Assembly (NCBI RefSeq): GCF_018350175.1
Contig: NC_058368.1
Location: 148,368,001 to 148,432,000, forward strand
Length of the DNA stretch: 64,000 nt
Reading direction: 5' to 3'
Source of the DNA: Felis catus
Lineage: Eukaryota
Part shown: piece after piece, positions 27,346 to 39,945 of the stretch
Position numbering within the stretch: the first letter of the stretch is position 1
Layout of the letters: each line of letters opens with the position of its first letter
Made by a program: the position numbers and the translations under genes
Notes under the pieces: generated by a model
The model's input: only the letters and a program-made list of their open reading frames with translations
The model's database searches: none
Told to the model about the DNA's origin: nothing

Positions 27346-27868
27346 TAAATTATAATGAGGATTTTGTGTATGTGTGTTCACTATTCTTTAAAAAAAAATC
27401 AAGAAAATATGTGTTATATCCTCTAAAGTATTTTTTTTTACTTTCTAAGTAACTAAATTCTTTATCAATCAGAAAATTGTAAATTTACAATTGTGCTATA
27501 CAAAGATATTTATTTAAGAAAACAAAAGCAATATCCACCCAAATCTGACCATCTATAGATATGAGAGCTATAAAACATTGCAGAAGAATGAAGACAGATA
27601 AAGGCACATAGTATTAATATTTTCCAGCTACTTCCTCCCTCTCTCATCTAAGAGTATTAAGAATGGGAAGTGAAAATAGGAATATTTCTCACCTTTAGAC
27701 AACAAAGATAACTAGGTAATTATCACTAAATGAGTTTGTGATGGAATTTACAGAAACCAATTTACCAATTTACTAAAGACGCAGTCCCCTAGAAGGTGAA
27801 TCACACTGTCCTTGGTAGACAGTGAGAGAGCCAAGGACTAGTTATCAAATGCATCTGTTCAAAATCCT

Positions 27869-27935
27869 TATTTATTTTATTTTATTTTATTTTATTTTAT
27901 TTTATTTTATTTTATTTTATTTTATTTTAATCTAC

Positions 27936-27986
<51 letters not shown>

Positions 27987-28087
27987 ATTCCAAGCAGGCA
28001 CAAAGCTCAGTGCAGACTGTAATATCATGACCTGAGCTGAAATAAAGGGTCTTATGCTTTTAACTGACTGAGCCACCCAAGTGTCCC
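27869..28087 (-). mobile_element. CanSINE (internally deleted) with (TTTTA)n tail and (GA)n
   Basis: atcatgacctgagctgaa...actgactgagccacccaagtgtccc. Confidence 0.9.
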
Positions 28088-28266
28088 ATAAACTCCAATT
28101 TTATAGACCTCAATCTCTTTAAAATAAACTAAAGATTAAAAAGTATGGCAAGTAAGTTAAATACTATACTGCGAGTTACAAAAATATCATGTTAAAGACT
28201 CAAAAAGGCATATCAGAGAAAAATTTTTTGCAGCATTTAGAATAAACTTAAAAAAAACTACTTTTT

Positions 28267-28452
28267 GGGGTGCTAGGTGGATTGTTTGGTCAAGCACCTG
28301 ACTCTTGATTTCGGCTCCGGTTGTGATATCATGGTCGTGAGATCGAGCCCCATATCAGTCTATATATGCTGTGCATGGAGCCTGCTTAATATTCTTTCTC
28401 TCTCCCTCTCCCCCTTTCATGCTCTCTTTCTCAAAAAATAAAAATTAAAAAA
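28267..28452 (+). mobile_element. CanSINE (older)
   Basis: gactcttgatttcggctccggttgtgatatc...gagatcgagcccc, CT tract, A tail. Confidence 0.88.
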
Positions 28453-29308
28453 AGAAAGAAATTACTTGGTATCATTGAATAAATTCAATAATCTTGTTAT
28501 CTATGAAACAGAAAAATAATATTGAATAGGGAAAATAGACTGGGAAAAAAATAGAATTCCCAAAGAAGAAAAGAAAGATGAATTAAATAATGTTTTACGG
28601 TGAAATAAAAATGCAAATATTGACAAAACATCTAAAGTAGAGTTGATGTAAATCAGACTTAAGACTAGGGGACCATTAAAAAATGACATGCATAAAGTAA
28701 TGAAAAATTTCCCTATGTAAAACAACCCCTGATCTGTATTATCTCAACATTACATATCATACATGTTCAAAATTGTCGGCAAACTAAAATTGTTCCTTTG
28801 AAATAAAAAGATACATTTTGTTTGTTTTTGTTATCTTTTTGTGATTTCAAAGCAAATGTTTCCAAAATCTATAATTAAAGATAAATTGAGCTTCAACATA
28901 AATTCTTTTATTATCTCTTCTTTATATGTCAAGAAATAAATGTGAAAGATATTAACTGACTTGGCCAGGGTCATACATCTGATAAATGATGAAGCAACAA
29001 TATGACACAAACTGACTCATTAAACACTATGCTATACTTCATGAAAGAAAAAGGTAAGAAAAATTAACCACTGCTATCACCACCACCACCACCAGTAAGA
29101 ACAAAAAACAGAAGAGAAAATTATGAAAGGTCAAATATGTCTACTATAAAATTAATATGAATTAATTAAAATTACTTTAGAAAACTGAGATAATCAGACA
29201 AGATCAAAATCAACAAAGATGTATTCTTTCGGTAGGTGAGTAACTAATTAAAAGTCTGCATAGAAAAAGTAAAACGACTAGAAATTATGTAAAGATGATA
29301 AAAATACC

Positions 29309-29409
29309 GGCATGCCTGACTGGCTCAGGTGGAAGAGCATGAGACTCTTAATCTTGGGGTCATGAGTTCGAGCCCCACGTTGGATGCAGAGACTACTTTA
29401 AAAAAATGC
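29309..29409 (+). pseudogene. tRNA-Lys(CTT)-derived retroposed copy / short CanSINE ancestor type
   Basis: 73-nt tRNA-like body 29314-29386 with anticodon CTT at 29347-29349, A tail, TSD ataaaaatac (29298-29307, 29410-29419). Confidence 0.85.
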
Positions 29410-29504
29410 ATAAAAATACAACAAAATATAATAAAGGACAATAAAGTTGGTACTAAACAAAGAATTAAAAGGGAGATAGAGGGATTTTTTGCTATTTAAA
29501 AAAT

Positions 29505-29723
29505 ATTTTTTTAATGTTTATTTATTTTTGAGAGAGAAAGACAAAGAGCACTCGAGCACAAGTGGGGTAAGGGCAGAGAGCGGTGGAGACACAGAATCTG
29601 AAACAGGCTCCAGGCTCTGAACTGTCAGCACAGAGCTCGACCCTGGGCTCAAACCCATAAATTGCGAGATAATGACCTGAGCTGAAGTCGGAGGCTTAAT
29701 GGACTAAGCCACCCAGGTGCCCC
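29505..29723 (-). mobile_element. CanSINE
   Basis: cacagaatctgaaacaggctccagg; head gccacccaggtgcccc. Confidence 0.95.
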
Positions 29724-29818
29724 AAAAGGGACATACAGGTTTAGATCATCACATATACACCCAGTCAACCAATATTCAGGAAGTGTGTTCAGTACACGTT
29801 TTGTATCGCAAAATAATA

Positions 29819-29822
<4 letters not shown>

Positions 29823-29857
<35 letters not shown>
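29823..29857. repeat. (TG)n microsatellite
   Basis: Read directly. Confidence 0.95.
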
Positions 29858-29859
<2 letters not shown>

Positions 29860-30297
29860 CTCTCCTCACCATCACCAAAGTAATACTTAAGTGGGACTAA
29901 TATTAGACAAATTATAAGACAAACCATTTTTACATATACTAGGAAAGAAAACATACTGATATGGCATGAAAGCCATTTCATTTGTTAAGCTTTACATAAC
30001 TGATGCTCTTACATCAATGTATGTAAAATAAATAACCTTAGAAACACCAAGATATTTTTTTCTGGAATTTATTTTCTCAATATGAGGATCTGAACGATAT
30101 TTTTTTAAGGATTCACAGAAAGATAAAAATCTTCCCTTTCTCCATATATCTGTTCTCACACACATTTATGCAAAAAAAAAAAATAACCAGAAATCATCCA
30201 TAATTTGTTTCTATAGACTCTTCAGTAAAGAATAACAAGAAGCCACACACACATGCTCAAAGTCAGCTTACTGTCATTATTTAGATTAAGATTTCCA

Positions 30298-30490
30298 GGG
30301 TGATTGGGTGTCTCGGTTGGTTAAGCATCTGACTCTTGGTTTTGGCTCAGGTCATGAACTATGTCATAGTTTGTGAGTTTTCATGAGTACAAACCTCACT
30401 TTGGGTTCTGCACTGAAGCCTATTTGATATTCTCTCTCACTGCCCTTCCCCACCCCTTCTCAACAATGAACGGATAAATTTAAAAAAAAC
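30298..30490 (+). mobile_element. CanSINE with 12-bp TSD
   Basis: agattaagattt at 30283-30294 and 30491-30502. Confidence 0.92.
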
Positions 30491-32859
30491 AGATTAAGAT
30501 TTTCTTATTTATTTCAAATTACAATATATGTTTTCTTTTTCTTGTTATTCTATTTAGATATTGTGCAAATTATTAATAATATAATACATTTATTTATTTT
30601 TTCTGTTGTGTTAAAATGTAATTAAAATATCAACAACTTATATCAAACGTACTTTGGCTTTGGAAAAAAAATCTTCTGAATTTTAAATGATTGCTTTTCT
30701 GAGGCCCAGAAGCACTAATTCTTTCCTTAGAATAGCATATAAAATGTATGCAAATATGTTTGGACTACTTTCAGAAAAGAATGGATTATTATTACTGACA
30801 TGATGGATCCAAATAGAAAGTCAAATTGCGTAGAATATTGGAAACACACTGAAAATGTTTCTGCTGCTTGAGCTTTAGTTGATTTATAAGCTACATTATT
30901 AGACAGAAATTTCTAGTGTAATATGACACATTTCTGTGACCCATTCTAATAGGAATTAGGGGCAACAGTCTTTCATTGAAAAATTTGGTGGAAGGCTGCT
31001 TTCCTCATAGAAAATACAAATCCCAGATATGCATGAAGGCCAGATCCATCACTGATGGACACTAGACATTAGGATAGCACTGAAATTCCTCCTGCTCATT
31101 TTTAGGGATTTGTAGATAGAAGAGTTGGGAAAAGTTTAGTACGGCATAGTGCATAACTGTATTTCATCTGCAGCATTAATAGGCAGCCTAGCTTTCCTAC
31201 CTAGTCTAAAATTTTTCAATTTTCAAATATCATCAATAATAATTATATTATTATGTAATTATTTTATTATTATTATTATTATTATTATTAATCAGGGTCA
31301 ATGTAATTTTGTTTTATAACTCTGTTAGAATTCCTTGAACTGTATTAAATAACTACCTCCAAATAAATATTATTTTATCATATTTTGCACAACCAAAGGG
31401 AATTAGTCCAACAGTGGCTTTTAGGATCTGTAAAATGATACATAGGACATAGGAAGTATGTAAATCATACGTAATGCATGGAGCTTAAAGAAGACAAGTT
31501 TTAACATCTTTGATACCATCAAAAAGGCACTGTTTCATGGGTATAATTCATATCTTGCCCCACCAGGGCTCCTTCCTAGGGTGCGTGATTAGAAGATGGT
31601 GGGATTCTCCCAGGTTGCAGGGAAACTCACAGTGAGTTTTCCAAACTTTGCTATCATTCTCCTGGCCATGCCATCGAGCCACTGAAACATAATCATTTTA
31701 TATGGTTGCAAAAAGTTACTTGAGAGTCACTTTATTTGTATATAAAATCCAGATTCTGGGAAAAATTTCTTATAACACCAAGTCCATAAGATTGTGTTAT
31801 CCATAGGTTATATATCTTGTTTCACTGATTTTTTATAGGTATGCTTTTCACTTGTTACTATCGCAGAAAATAGGATACACAATGTAATTGATGGAGGCCT
31901 ACTATAAATGTTGGCTTGGTCTAAAATGGATTTTCTTCCAGATAGAATTTCTTTTGTTTCTCTGTTACCTGGGGGAACTGCTAACCTGAAACCATTTTAA
32001 ATTAAAATCTTTGCTTAATAATTTTTAAAATATACTGTTAATATGAATCTTGGAAAGATTTTTTTGACTTTATCTGTAACAACCAACTCCAAATTCAAGA
32101 CATACAGAAATGTTTTCTGATCCTTTCTTGGTGGTGCATTTATTTCGTATTATCTTTACTCTGATTATGTCCAGGCTTATGTGTGGGTCTCTAATAGACT
32201 CCCTAACTAGGGCAATCTTCTTAAATAATGGAACACATAATGACATGTAACTTTTAACTGATGGAATTTTCATTTGGTTAAATATAGGAATGAAAAATGG
32301 AGATCACACCTGCACAGTTATGCTAGGAGTTAATAATAATGATCTATCTGTGAGAATGTACTATAATCATTTCAACATGAGAATTGGGAAATACTGAGTA
32401 CCTTAGATTGGGAATGGCCACTGGAAAGCCAAAAATGAACTCACTTATATATATTGAGCACAAGTTAAATGGATTATAAAAGGCCAACATTATGGAAATT
32501 GGTCATTCAAAGAAAAGTTAAAGTCTAATGAGGAGCTAATATTGGTGTATCATGAAGAAGCATTATTTATGGATTAATATAAATAATACTTGGTCAAAAA
32601 AGTTTCATAAATGACTCATCATAATTTATAGTTATACATAAGGTGAATTAAATAAATATTGGAATAAGAGTAATTACGAGTCAAAAGAAGGAAACAAATA
32701 AATGCCAAATCAGTCGATAGGTCCCATCTGTAGAACAGCTATAATATCTCACCACCTCTCTTCATCGGAGATATCACTGCAACTATTACCTAGGAAATAT
32801 TTCTCCAAATGAGTTGATTCTGTATCCTACTACTGTATCTGTGTCTTGAGGATATCCTA

Positions 32860-33577
32860 TCCGTCAGCCCTACTCTATCTATATAACCACAAAATATCCT
32901 GACTGCATCTACCACAGTCATATTTCTCCTTTTGCTACAATAAACTCTTCTGATGACTCTTTGTGAAACAATATTTTCCTCATATTCTTTGATTCTAAAA
33001 TTGTGTATTCTACTCTGCCCTTTTTCTGTGTCCTGGGCAAGTAAGCCCCTCAACTCATTAAATAAATAATTCCAGGTCTGTTTCCTTCTACTCTTTTGTA
33101 AACACTCTTTCTAGGTCACCTCACTAAATCCCACAACATACATACATACATATTTAGTTAACAACTAAATCTGTATTTCCAATTCAAGAATACTCGTGCT
33201 CCATACTCACATAAATGTGTTTGTCTATCTTCTGGACATTTCTATTTGATATCAGACATAGATTGCTTCCTTTTGCAATTCATCATTCATACAACAAAGT
33301 CTAACATTCATTTTCAATGTTGAAACTAATATAACATGTGTCAGGTATACTTCAATAAAAAAGTTTCAATGTAAATATAATTTTCTCAGAGGAGTGTTAC
33401 CCACCACCTTGCACTATAAATTCATAACATCCTTATATCTCTTTTCATTGTACTTCACCATAAATTCCATGAAGAGAAAGAACTATGACCATTTTGTTCA
33501 CTATCAAACCTGGAAAAATATGTCTAGCATAGATATTGTCACATACTAGTCAGTATATAATTTTTTGTTAAATAAAG
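32860..33577 (+). mobile_element. L2 fragments
   Basis: ctaggtcacctcactaaatccca, ctggacatttctatttgatatc, 3' end taaattccatgaagagaaagaactatgaccattttgttcact. Confidence 0.6.
33321..33363 (+). mobile_element. Ultra-short L1 3'-end insertion
   Basis: tgaaactaatataacatgtgtcaggtatacttcaataaaaa flanked by tttcaatgt (33312-33320, 33364-33372). Confidence 0.7.
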
Positions 33578-33637
33578 TAATTTCCCTCCACTGCAAAATG
33601 ATTCAGATCTAAAGACTATAAGCTCTGTGCAATTTTT

Positions 33638-33859
33638 TTTTTTAAATTTTTTTTTTCAACGTTTATTTATTTTGGGGACAGAGAGAGACAGAGCATGAAC
33701 GGGCGAGGGGCAGAGAGAGAGGGAGACACAGAATCGGAAACAGGCTCCAGGCTCCGAGCCATCAGCCCAGAGCCTGACGCGGGGCTCGAACTCACGGACC
33801 GCGAGATCATGACCTGGCTGAAGTCGGACGCTTAACCGACTGCGCCACCCAGGCGCCCC
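33638..33859 (-). mobile_element. Young SINEC_Fc with 14-bp TSD
   Basis: tctgtgcaattttt at 33624-33637 and 33860-33873. Confidence 0.98.
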
Positions 33860-33891
33860 TCTGTGCAATTTTTAAACATATAATCTATATC

Positions 33892-34115
33892 AAGGATCAT
33901 TAAACAGCAGCCCACTGGACTGATGCCCCATGCACTATTTGTCAATGGCCCGTAAGTTGAGAATTTTTGTTGTTGTTGTTTTTGGGTTTTATTTTTCATT
34001 TTAAATGTTTTTTTAAATAAGTAAAAAAAAAAAAAGAATATGCAGCGGAGACCATGGCCTACAAAATCTAAAATGTTTATCATCTGGCCCCTTACAAAAA
34101 ATTGTATAGACTTCT
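33892..34115. mobile_element. MER58-like hAT fossil
   Basis: ccatggcctacaaaatctaaaatgtttatcatctggccccttacaaaaaa. Confidence 0.7.
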
Positions 34116-35689
34116 GATCTATGCATACGATGCCCCCTTGTCCACAACCTGTGCAGTTGTACATGATTGTTTTGAAAGAAGTAATTACTCTTGGGTACTT
34201 GAAACTTTCAGAATACAAGTTCGTGAGTCATTCAAAGGACTAGCACATAGGTTGTTTCTTTTACCATTTGAGTTGGCCTTATCTCTAGACCAAACCAATA
34301 GCAAATAAGCAAACAAAAATCTGGAAGAAACAACAAATTCTAAAAAAAAAAAAAAAAAGAAAGAAAGAAAGAAAAAAAAAAAAGTAAAACCATTGGTTTA
34401 GTCTAGGCCAGTTCTCAATCCTTAACCTCATTAGTCTGGTCAGTTGTGAGGGACAATGTATATCTGGTGTTCTTTAAAGACAAATAGAAGAAATTCTCTT
34501 GACATTCAATGAAAGCACAGCATGAAACTGTTTTTTTACTGTTGTCACACAACTGGCCCTGATTATTCCAGAGAAAAATGAAAAATAACATCACAAAAAT
34601 AAGATACATATTTTTTTCAAATTGCTAATGTGTAGTTGTGGTCTTTTTTTAATGTTATTGAAAGTTAGAAATAACAGGTCTGTAGAACTCTTAAATGCAA
34701 ATAGCAACTTTAAAAAGCACTATGGTAAGCTGTACCCATGATATATAAGCTGACTATAACCTGAATATACCAAAATCATATTCTGTTTCTACACAGAATG
34801 ACAATGTGAACTCCCTAGAAACCACATAGCATAAATTTCATTTTTAAGAAGAAACTAGGATAATGAGAAATTCACTAGGAAAGAAATAAGAGACAAAAAA
34901 ATTCAGTCAATCTTCTATTGCATCAATATGAAAAAAAGATAGGCCGACAGCTTTGTGCTTTCCCTTTTAAATGAGAATAAAAAAAGGACAAAATAGATAG
35001 AATAAAAACAGTGTCAATCCCAATTATTGTCATATGTTTGGGTATACATAGAAGATCTATGTGTGCTTTGAGGTTGTGGTGACTGGGTTTTACAAAAATG
35101 ATTTGCAAATAGGTTTGCTTCCTTAAACAAGCTACAGGTATGCTATTTAAATAAGAAATTGAAATAGACCACAGTGAAAGTGTTATATATTATACTTTCC
35201 CAACAGTCTTAGTATAAAAACATGCATATGAACATTTAGTCTCTTAATTCAAAATTATATAAGTATAAAGTTTGGGATCTTGCATATTGAAGGAGAAAGG
35301 GTATGATAATACAGTAACAAGTGTTCGTAAGAGATATGCAATGATAGGAATCTCATAATAGAATAAGAATAATGTCTAATAAAACAGGTTTTAGTTATAA
35401 TATCCACTTCACATTTATTTGGATATAGATCAAATAAGTAGAGAACAAGTGTTAGAATCTAGGAAAGTATAATAGCATGATTTTTCTTGTACAGAATTAA
35501 TTTTATTTTGAAGGACAATTGAAAAATGAAGTGTACATCTGTGATCTATACTTTTCTTAAATGCTTGCAGGAAATTAAATAAAAGGAAACAGCAACTAGA
35601 CTGGACATCAGGAGAGCCAGTTTCCCTGTTTACTACCAACCAGCTATGTGACCTAAATAAGTCACCCAAAGAAATTACTATTCATGGGG

Positions 35690-35860
35690 CATTTATGATG
35701 TACAGGATGCTTTACAACTGCCATGAATTTTTTACAGTAGCTTTATGAAACAGAAACACCCAATGTTACTTATGAGACACAGATTCATTAAGTACCCAAG
35801 GTCACTTTGTAGGTAAATGGTAAAGCCATGATTTGAACTAGAGTCTGTCTAAATTTATCC
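35690..35860 (-). mobile_element. MIR fragment
   Basis: gagacacagattcattaagtacccaaggtcac...gtaaatggtaaagccatgatttgaactagagtctgtct. Confidence 0.65.
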
Positions 35861-36771
35861 AGGTCATATTTTTTGCAAGATTAGCATGCTGAGCTATATG
35901 ATATGCTTTATTCCTTCTAACTCTATTGATTTATATATTATTTCCCTACTATGGTGGGTATATCTCTTCCTTAAATCTATTCACACCTCTGAGATCTCCT
36001 CTTTGCATCTCTTCTGGTCACTAATCTTTTTCCATTTATTCCTACATATAATGAATTAACATTTCTCAATGCTCTTTTCTTGGCTTTCTTTTATTCCAAC
36101 GATGTAAATCCCATTGCTGGGTTTTGTTTATTTTTATTTCAAAGTAATCCACACACATGGCAATAATCATATTGTATAAAATGACATTGCTATTTCATCT
36201 ACAATATTATCCCAAATAAAAAGAAATCAAAATTTTCTACTAATGAAAAATGTTATAGTTTTTCAACATTTCTTCATATCTTAACACCAAAAGTCAGAAT
36301 TTTAAAATAAACTATTGTTGCCAAGTATCTCTATAACTTGAAATTATATGTAGATGTATGTACATATAAGTGTTTGCTCTTAACAGAAATGATTCCTTGT
36401 TCTGGCTAGTACATTAAAAAAGTTATATCTGGTTCTGATTATAATTAATTCTACTCCTAAAACAGTACTATTTCTGGAGTGTTTTCTTTATACTGACAAA
36501 ACTTGATCCTAAATGACTGCTTTATCACATTACGTTTTGGATTATAAATACATGTGTCAAGAAGTTTGGATGTTGTATCAGTTTTACTGGACAAAGTTTT
36601 ATGAAATTATCTACTTAAATTTATACAAGAACACCACACTGCTGTTGCTAAAACTTCTATCTGGATGTAAGAATACCTAATAAGATGAAGTATTAAAAAA
36701 CAATTCAGCAATCTAACACCTGTCAATAAACCTTCTAGAAAATATAATGTGATAGGTCATGACAACATTTT

Positions 36772-36999
36772 GTTTTTGTTTTTTTTTTAATTTTTTAACG
36801 CTTATTTATTTTTGAGACAGAGAGAGACAGAGCATGAACAGGGGAGGGACAGAGAGAGAGGGAGACGCAGAATCTGAAGCAGGCTCCAGGCTCTGAGCTG
36901 TCAGCACAGAGCCCGATGCGGGGTTCGAACTCACGGATCGTGAGATCATGACCTGAGCCGAAGTCAGACGCTTAACCGACTGAGCCACCCAGGCACCCC
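36772..36999 (-). mobile_element. CanSINE (fairly young)
   Basis: Full length, CpGs largely retained, head gccacccaggcacccc. Confidence 0.97.
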
Positions 37000-37206
37000 G
37001 ATGGTTTTCAATTTTTTGCACATGTCACACTTTACTATGAAACAGTCAAAACCTCAATTTGTCGAATTTAATGGCACTTTACTAGAAAAACAACCAAGCA
37101 GGGTCTACATTATCTAGATTGATTTATAATGTTATTCTAACCAAAAATCAAATTAAATTAGCTGTAAATCTTATTTGATTTTATTTGTCTAAAATTCTAA
37201 GATATG

Positions 37207-37371
37207 AGGAGTGTCTGGGTGGCTCAATTGCTTAAGCCTCCAACTCTTGATTTTGGCTCAGGTCATGATCTCAAGGTTCATGGTTGGAGCCCCAGGGCAG
37301 GCTCTGTGCTCACAGTGCAGAGACTGCTTGGGATTCTCTCTCCCTCTCTCCCTCTGTCCCTCCCCACTCAA

Positions 37372-37403
<32 letters not shown>

Positions 37404-37430
37404 AAAATAAATCAATTTAAAAGAAAAAAG
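37207..37430 (+). mobile_element. CanSINE
   Basis: ctgggtggctcaattgcttaagcc..., (CT)n, A tail. Confidence 0.94.
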
Positions 37431-37885
37431 AAAAACAAGCAAACAAAAAGGCTCGAAATGTTTTGACTATAGAAATCAATTGGCACATTTTAATCAGAAA
37501 GGTGAAGCTTACATCTCTTTAATGGAAGGAGTAGTCAGTTGACAGACTGTGAAAACATGAGTTTACTTGTGAAATTCCTGTTCTTTTCCAAAAAATATTT
37601 TATTGAGATTTTACATACCATTTATCTATTTCAAATGCACAATTCAATTATTTTTAGTGACTTTACTAAGTGGTGATATCATCACAATTAATCAGTTTTA
37701 TAACCTTTTCACTCCACCAATAAGATACCTCAGTCATTTATCGTGAATCCTCATTATCACCCCCAGCACCAAGCGACCACTGATCTTTCCATCTTTATGC
37801 ATTTGTCTTTCTGGATATTTCATGTAAATTGAATCATTACATATGTTGCATCATGGGTCTGGCTTCTTTTACTTAGCATAATGTT

Positions 37886-38378
37886 TATGGTAAGCAAAAT
37901 AATGGCCCCACAGAGGTCTGCACCTTCATTCCAGGAATCCGTGAATGTTTCCTTACATGGAAAAAGGCTTCACTGGTGGATTTACAGGCATGAATCTTGA
38001 GGGGAAATCACTCTGTATAATTCAGGTAGACCCAATCAGACACCTGGATCTTTAAAAATTGAGAAAGTTTCCCCACTCTGATCAGAGAGGGCGGTGTGAC
38101 TATTGAAAAATAGTCAAGAGAGATGCAAGGAGGCTGGCCTTGAGATGGTTGAGATAGATAAAGGAGTTATAAGACAAGAAATTCAGGCAGCCTTTAGAAG
38201 CTGGAAAAGGCAAAGCAACAGATTTTCCATGAAACCTCAAGAAGGAACCATTCCTGCCAGTATCTTGATTTTAGCTCAGGGAGACTCATGTCAAACTTCT
38301 AAACTACAAAATTGCAAGATATAGTTCTGTTATTTTGTGTTAAATTTGTGGTGATTTTTAGTGTAGAAAATGAATACA
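37886..38378 (+). mobile_element. MLT1D-like MaLR solo LTR nested in L1
   Basis: Start tatggtaagcaaaataatggcccc, end gaaaatgaataca, degenerate 5-bp TSD atgtt/gtgtt. Confidence 0.88.
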
Positions 38379-38782
38379 GTGTTTTTGAGGTTCATTCATG
38401 GCATAACCATGTATCAGTAATGAGCTCATTTTTATTGCTATATAGTATTCCATTGCATGGAGTGAGGTGCCAGATGATCTCCCAAAATAACTTACCAGCA
38501 ATGTAGTAGTTTTCCTTCTCTACATCCTTGCCAACATTTGTTATTGTTTGTTCTTATTTAATAAAGCAATTCTAATAGTAATGAAATGGCATCTCACTCT
38601 GTTTTTAATTTGTATTTCTTTAATGACTAATAATTTTGAACATCTTTTCATGTGCTTATTAGCCATTTGTATATCTTCCTTGGTAAAAGGTCTCTTCATT
38701 TCTTTTGCCTATTTTTTTTCTTTTGGATTCTTTATTCTTTATTTTTAGGAACTAAGAGTTTTGTCGTATTGTTGTTGTTGCT

Positions 38783-39003
38783 GTTTTTTTAATTTATTTT
38801 TTAATGTTTATTTATTTTTGAGACAGAGAGAGACAGAGCATGAATGGGGGAGGGTCAGGGAGAGGGAGACACAGAATCGGAAACAGGCTCCAGGCTCTGA
38901 GCTGTCAGCACAGAGCCCGAAGCAGGGCTCGAACTCACGGACTGTGAGATCATGACCTGAGCCCAAGTCCGACACCTAACAGACTGAGCCACCCAGGTGC
39001 CCT
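38783..39003 (-). mobile_element. CanSINE
   Basis: Full-length antisense copy. Confidence 0.96.
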
Positions 39004-39079
39004 AAATTGTTGTTGTTTGTAAATTCTGGACAAAGTCTTTTATCTGATAAATATTTCCTCTGATTAAAAAAAAAACAAT

Positions 39080-39289
39080 TGTTTTAAGTTTATTTACTTA
39101 TTTTGAGAGAAAATGAGAGTGAAAACAGGGGAGGGGCAGAGAGAAAGGGAGAGAGAGAAAATCCCAAACAGGCTGTGCATTGCCAGTGTGGAGCCCGATG
39201 TAGGACTCGAATCCACAAACCTTGAGATCATGACCTTAGCCAAAACCAAGAATCAGACACATAACTGACTGAGTCACACAGGTACCTCC
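39080..39289 (-). mobile_element. CanSINE (older)
   Basis: ggagcccgatgtaggactcgaatccacaaaccttgagatcatgacc. Confidence 0.92.
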
Positions 39290-39304
39290 TTAAAAAAAAT
39301 TCTT

Positions 39305-39520
39305 GGGGCGCCTGGGTGGCGCAGTCGGTTAAGCATCCGACTTCAGCCAGGTCACGATCTCGCGGTCCGTGAGTTCGAGCCCCACGTCGGGCTCTGGGCA
39401 GATGGCTCAGAGCCTGGAGCCTGTTTCCGAATCTGTGTCTCCCTCTCTCTCTGCCCCTCGCCCGTTCATGCTCTGTCTCTCTCTGTCCCAAAAATAAATA
39501 AACGTTGAAAAAAAAAGTTT
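39305..39520 (+). mobile_element. Young SINEC_Fc with 13-bp TSD
   Basis: aaaaaaaattctt at 39292-39304 and 39521-39533. Confidence 0.98.
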
Positions 39521-39870
39521 AAAAAAAATTCTTAATGGTGACTCTGAAGTGCAAAACTTTTAAAATGTAATGAAAATGAATTTACTTTTTTACTTATTTT
39601 TTATGTTTATGGACCATGCTGAGAAATCTTCACCTAATCCAAAGGTTCAAAGATTGGTTCCTATAATTTCTTCTGTTTTTTTTTTTCGGTTCTTGCATGT
39701 ACATACAATCTATTTCATTTTGTGTGTGTTGTGAGTTAAGGGCCCAAATTCTTCTTTGTTCAGCAGGATGGCCAATTATTCAAAAACTATTTGTTGAACA
39801 GACTATCCCATCCCACAGTGAACTGCCATGGCAACTCTGTCAAGAATCAATTGACCTTACAGAACTGACC

Positions 39871-39894
39871 CTCTCTCTCTCTCTCTCTCTCTCT

Positions 39895-39943
<49 letters not shown>
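39871..39943. repeat. Compound (CT)n(CA)n microsatellite
   Basis: Read directly. Confidence 0.95.

Positions 39944-39945
<2 letters not shown>

Noticed and set aside
33832..34218. 128-aa minus-strand ORF
   Set aside because: Spans a MER58 fossil, poly-T/A runs and a SINE head; no domain-like content
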